From Bispira polyomma (lineage: Eukaryota), in assembly GCA_965649765.1 (NCBI GenBank), contig OZ287751.1:78926001-78990000 (forward strand): 64,000 nt of DNA, written 5' to 3'. Of this stretch, positions 62,496-64,000 are shown in pieces. The position numbers and the translations under genes were made by a program. Within the stretch, counting starts at the first letter, position 1; the number at the start of each line of letters is the position of its first letter. Under the pieces are notes generated by a model. That model made no database searches. It saw nothing but the letters and a program-made list of their open reading frames with translations, and was not told the DNA's origin.

Positions 62496-63584
62496 GAATT
62501 TTAGCCAATAGGGCTTTTATGTGGTATGATAGGAAGCTCTGGCATTTGCAGTGATTTATGGAGTTTAATACGGATACATTATGAATCTGTAAGTATTTAT
62601 AGGAATTTTAATGATATTTAAAAGTATGAAGATGATTACTAACTAAATTTGAATCTCAATATTATCTTAAAAAAGGTTTTTAACACAAAAACAGTATTCC
62701 CGGTTGTGTCGAAATTTAGTATGCAGCAATTTAAGAAGAATTAATTTTTGAGTGGTATAGAACAGGCTGCCAAAATTGACAAGTTTGACAGTTTTAAAAA
62801 ATCACAAAAAAACAGGATGTTGGTCGAAATCGGAAATTGTTGAATGACTGCGATGGGTCAAAAATGAGTTCAAAATTGCTGTATTTCACACCATTTTTGA
62901 GATTCCATACATTTTTGAGACATCACAAAACTTAAAGATGGCCGCCACAATCTAAATACTCATAGGGTGGTATTTGATAAGCCTTGCATGGTTTCAAGTT
63001 TGAAAGAAAAAAAAACTTTTTCGATTATGATTTAAACAATATTTCTGACAACTTTGCATTATTAAACCTTGATAAAATGTTAATTAACTTAATGACCTTG
63101 CGAGATAAGCACTGAAATTTAGTGGGTTTTTAACAGTGGGCTTTTCTGGATTTTTCTTCCCAATAAAGTTTTCATTATTCATTTTGATATCTGTAGTACT
63201 TTTTGATATGTGCAACTTACATTTCTCTTAAATGAGCGGAAAGTGTCTTCACATTGACACTAACAATAATAATCTTGCTTTTTAAGACCCCAAATCGGAC
63301 CCAGGCCAAATTAATTATAATCAAACCACATATTACATTTGGTGAAGATATCTGCAGTAATTTCCCTTTAAATGAGCAGTAACCATTTTGTGGTGGATAT
63401 TGTGTTGTTGTTTTTTGGAATTGTCTCGTAATCAAACTCAAGCCAAGTATAACAATGATTAACCCAAGTATTAAATTTCATGATGATATCTGCAGTACCT
63501 TTTGCTATAAATCTGTAAAACCATTTTCATGTTGGTGACAATGACTGCCATCTTGTTTTAAGGAAGGTTTTAAGAAAACTTGCC

Positions 63585-64000
63585 CTGTCGAGATTCAATG
63601 GGCAACCAGTGTAATTTTTTGAGGTAAGGAGTGACATCTGTGCGACAACCCAGGCGAAAAATGACCCTACATAGGTAGTTTTGGATGGACTGGAGCTTTT
63701 TAATGTTTGACTTGTTTGCTTCGTACAAGAGAGAATTACAGTAGTCGAGGCGGCTACTCACAAGGGCATTTGCCACAGTTATCGCTGTGTCCATGGACAA
63801 GTGGTTTCTGATTCTTTTGATGTCACGTATGTGGTAATAGCAGGAGCGACAGATGTTGGCAACATGCGTATCGAACGAAAAAGCTGAATCAAAAGTGACA
63901 CCCAGGTTTTTAGCATTTTCGGAAGGTAGTATGTCTTTTCCCAGCAGGGAGATGGGAAACAAAGATTTTAGGAGTTCACTGTTTTTCTTGTTTCCTATGA
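63585..64000 (-). mobile_element. L2/CR1-group LINE ORF2 C-terminal fragment
   Basis: KNLGVTFDS..F..HV..IC...IR..L......LVSSRLDYCNSLL...LQSIQN...LHWLPIESR. Confidence 0.88.

Overview
AT-rich animal genomic DNA, probably a mollusc or other lophotrochozoan judging by its repeat families. The backbone is a 12-coding-exon DEF8 orthologue on + (8443-46168, about 589 aa, C1 plus Rubicon-homology domain). It converges with the last 7 exons of an unidentified gene on - (59747-52619). The 22-kb DEF8 intron 7 (14768-36893) holds a nested family of orphan Ser/Cys-rich genes: a 574-aa gene, two inverted ~91%-identical 337-aa copies and a truncated duplicate. They share an HxxxCxxC-x5/6-C motif, a T(L/I)AVL C-terminus and TATA promoters with TCF-like site clusters. 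The same intron holds a decayed L1/Tx1 and an apparently intact two-ORF APE/RT LINE. The window opens with an L1/Tx1 ORF2; 2.7 kb upstream of it on the same strand is a LINE-ORF1-like protein fused to a NADAR (YbiA-type) domain. Many MITEs, SINEs and minisatellites occur, and several minisatellites are built from real splice sites, including 10 tandem copies of a DEF8 3' splice site. All calls come from reading the sequence; no searches were run.
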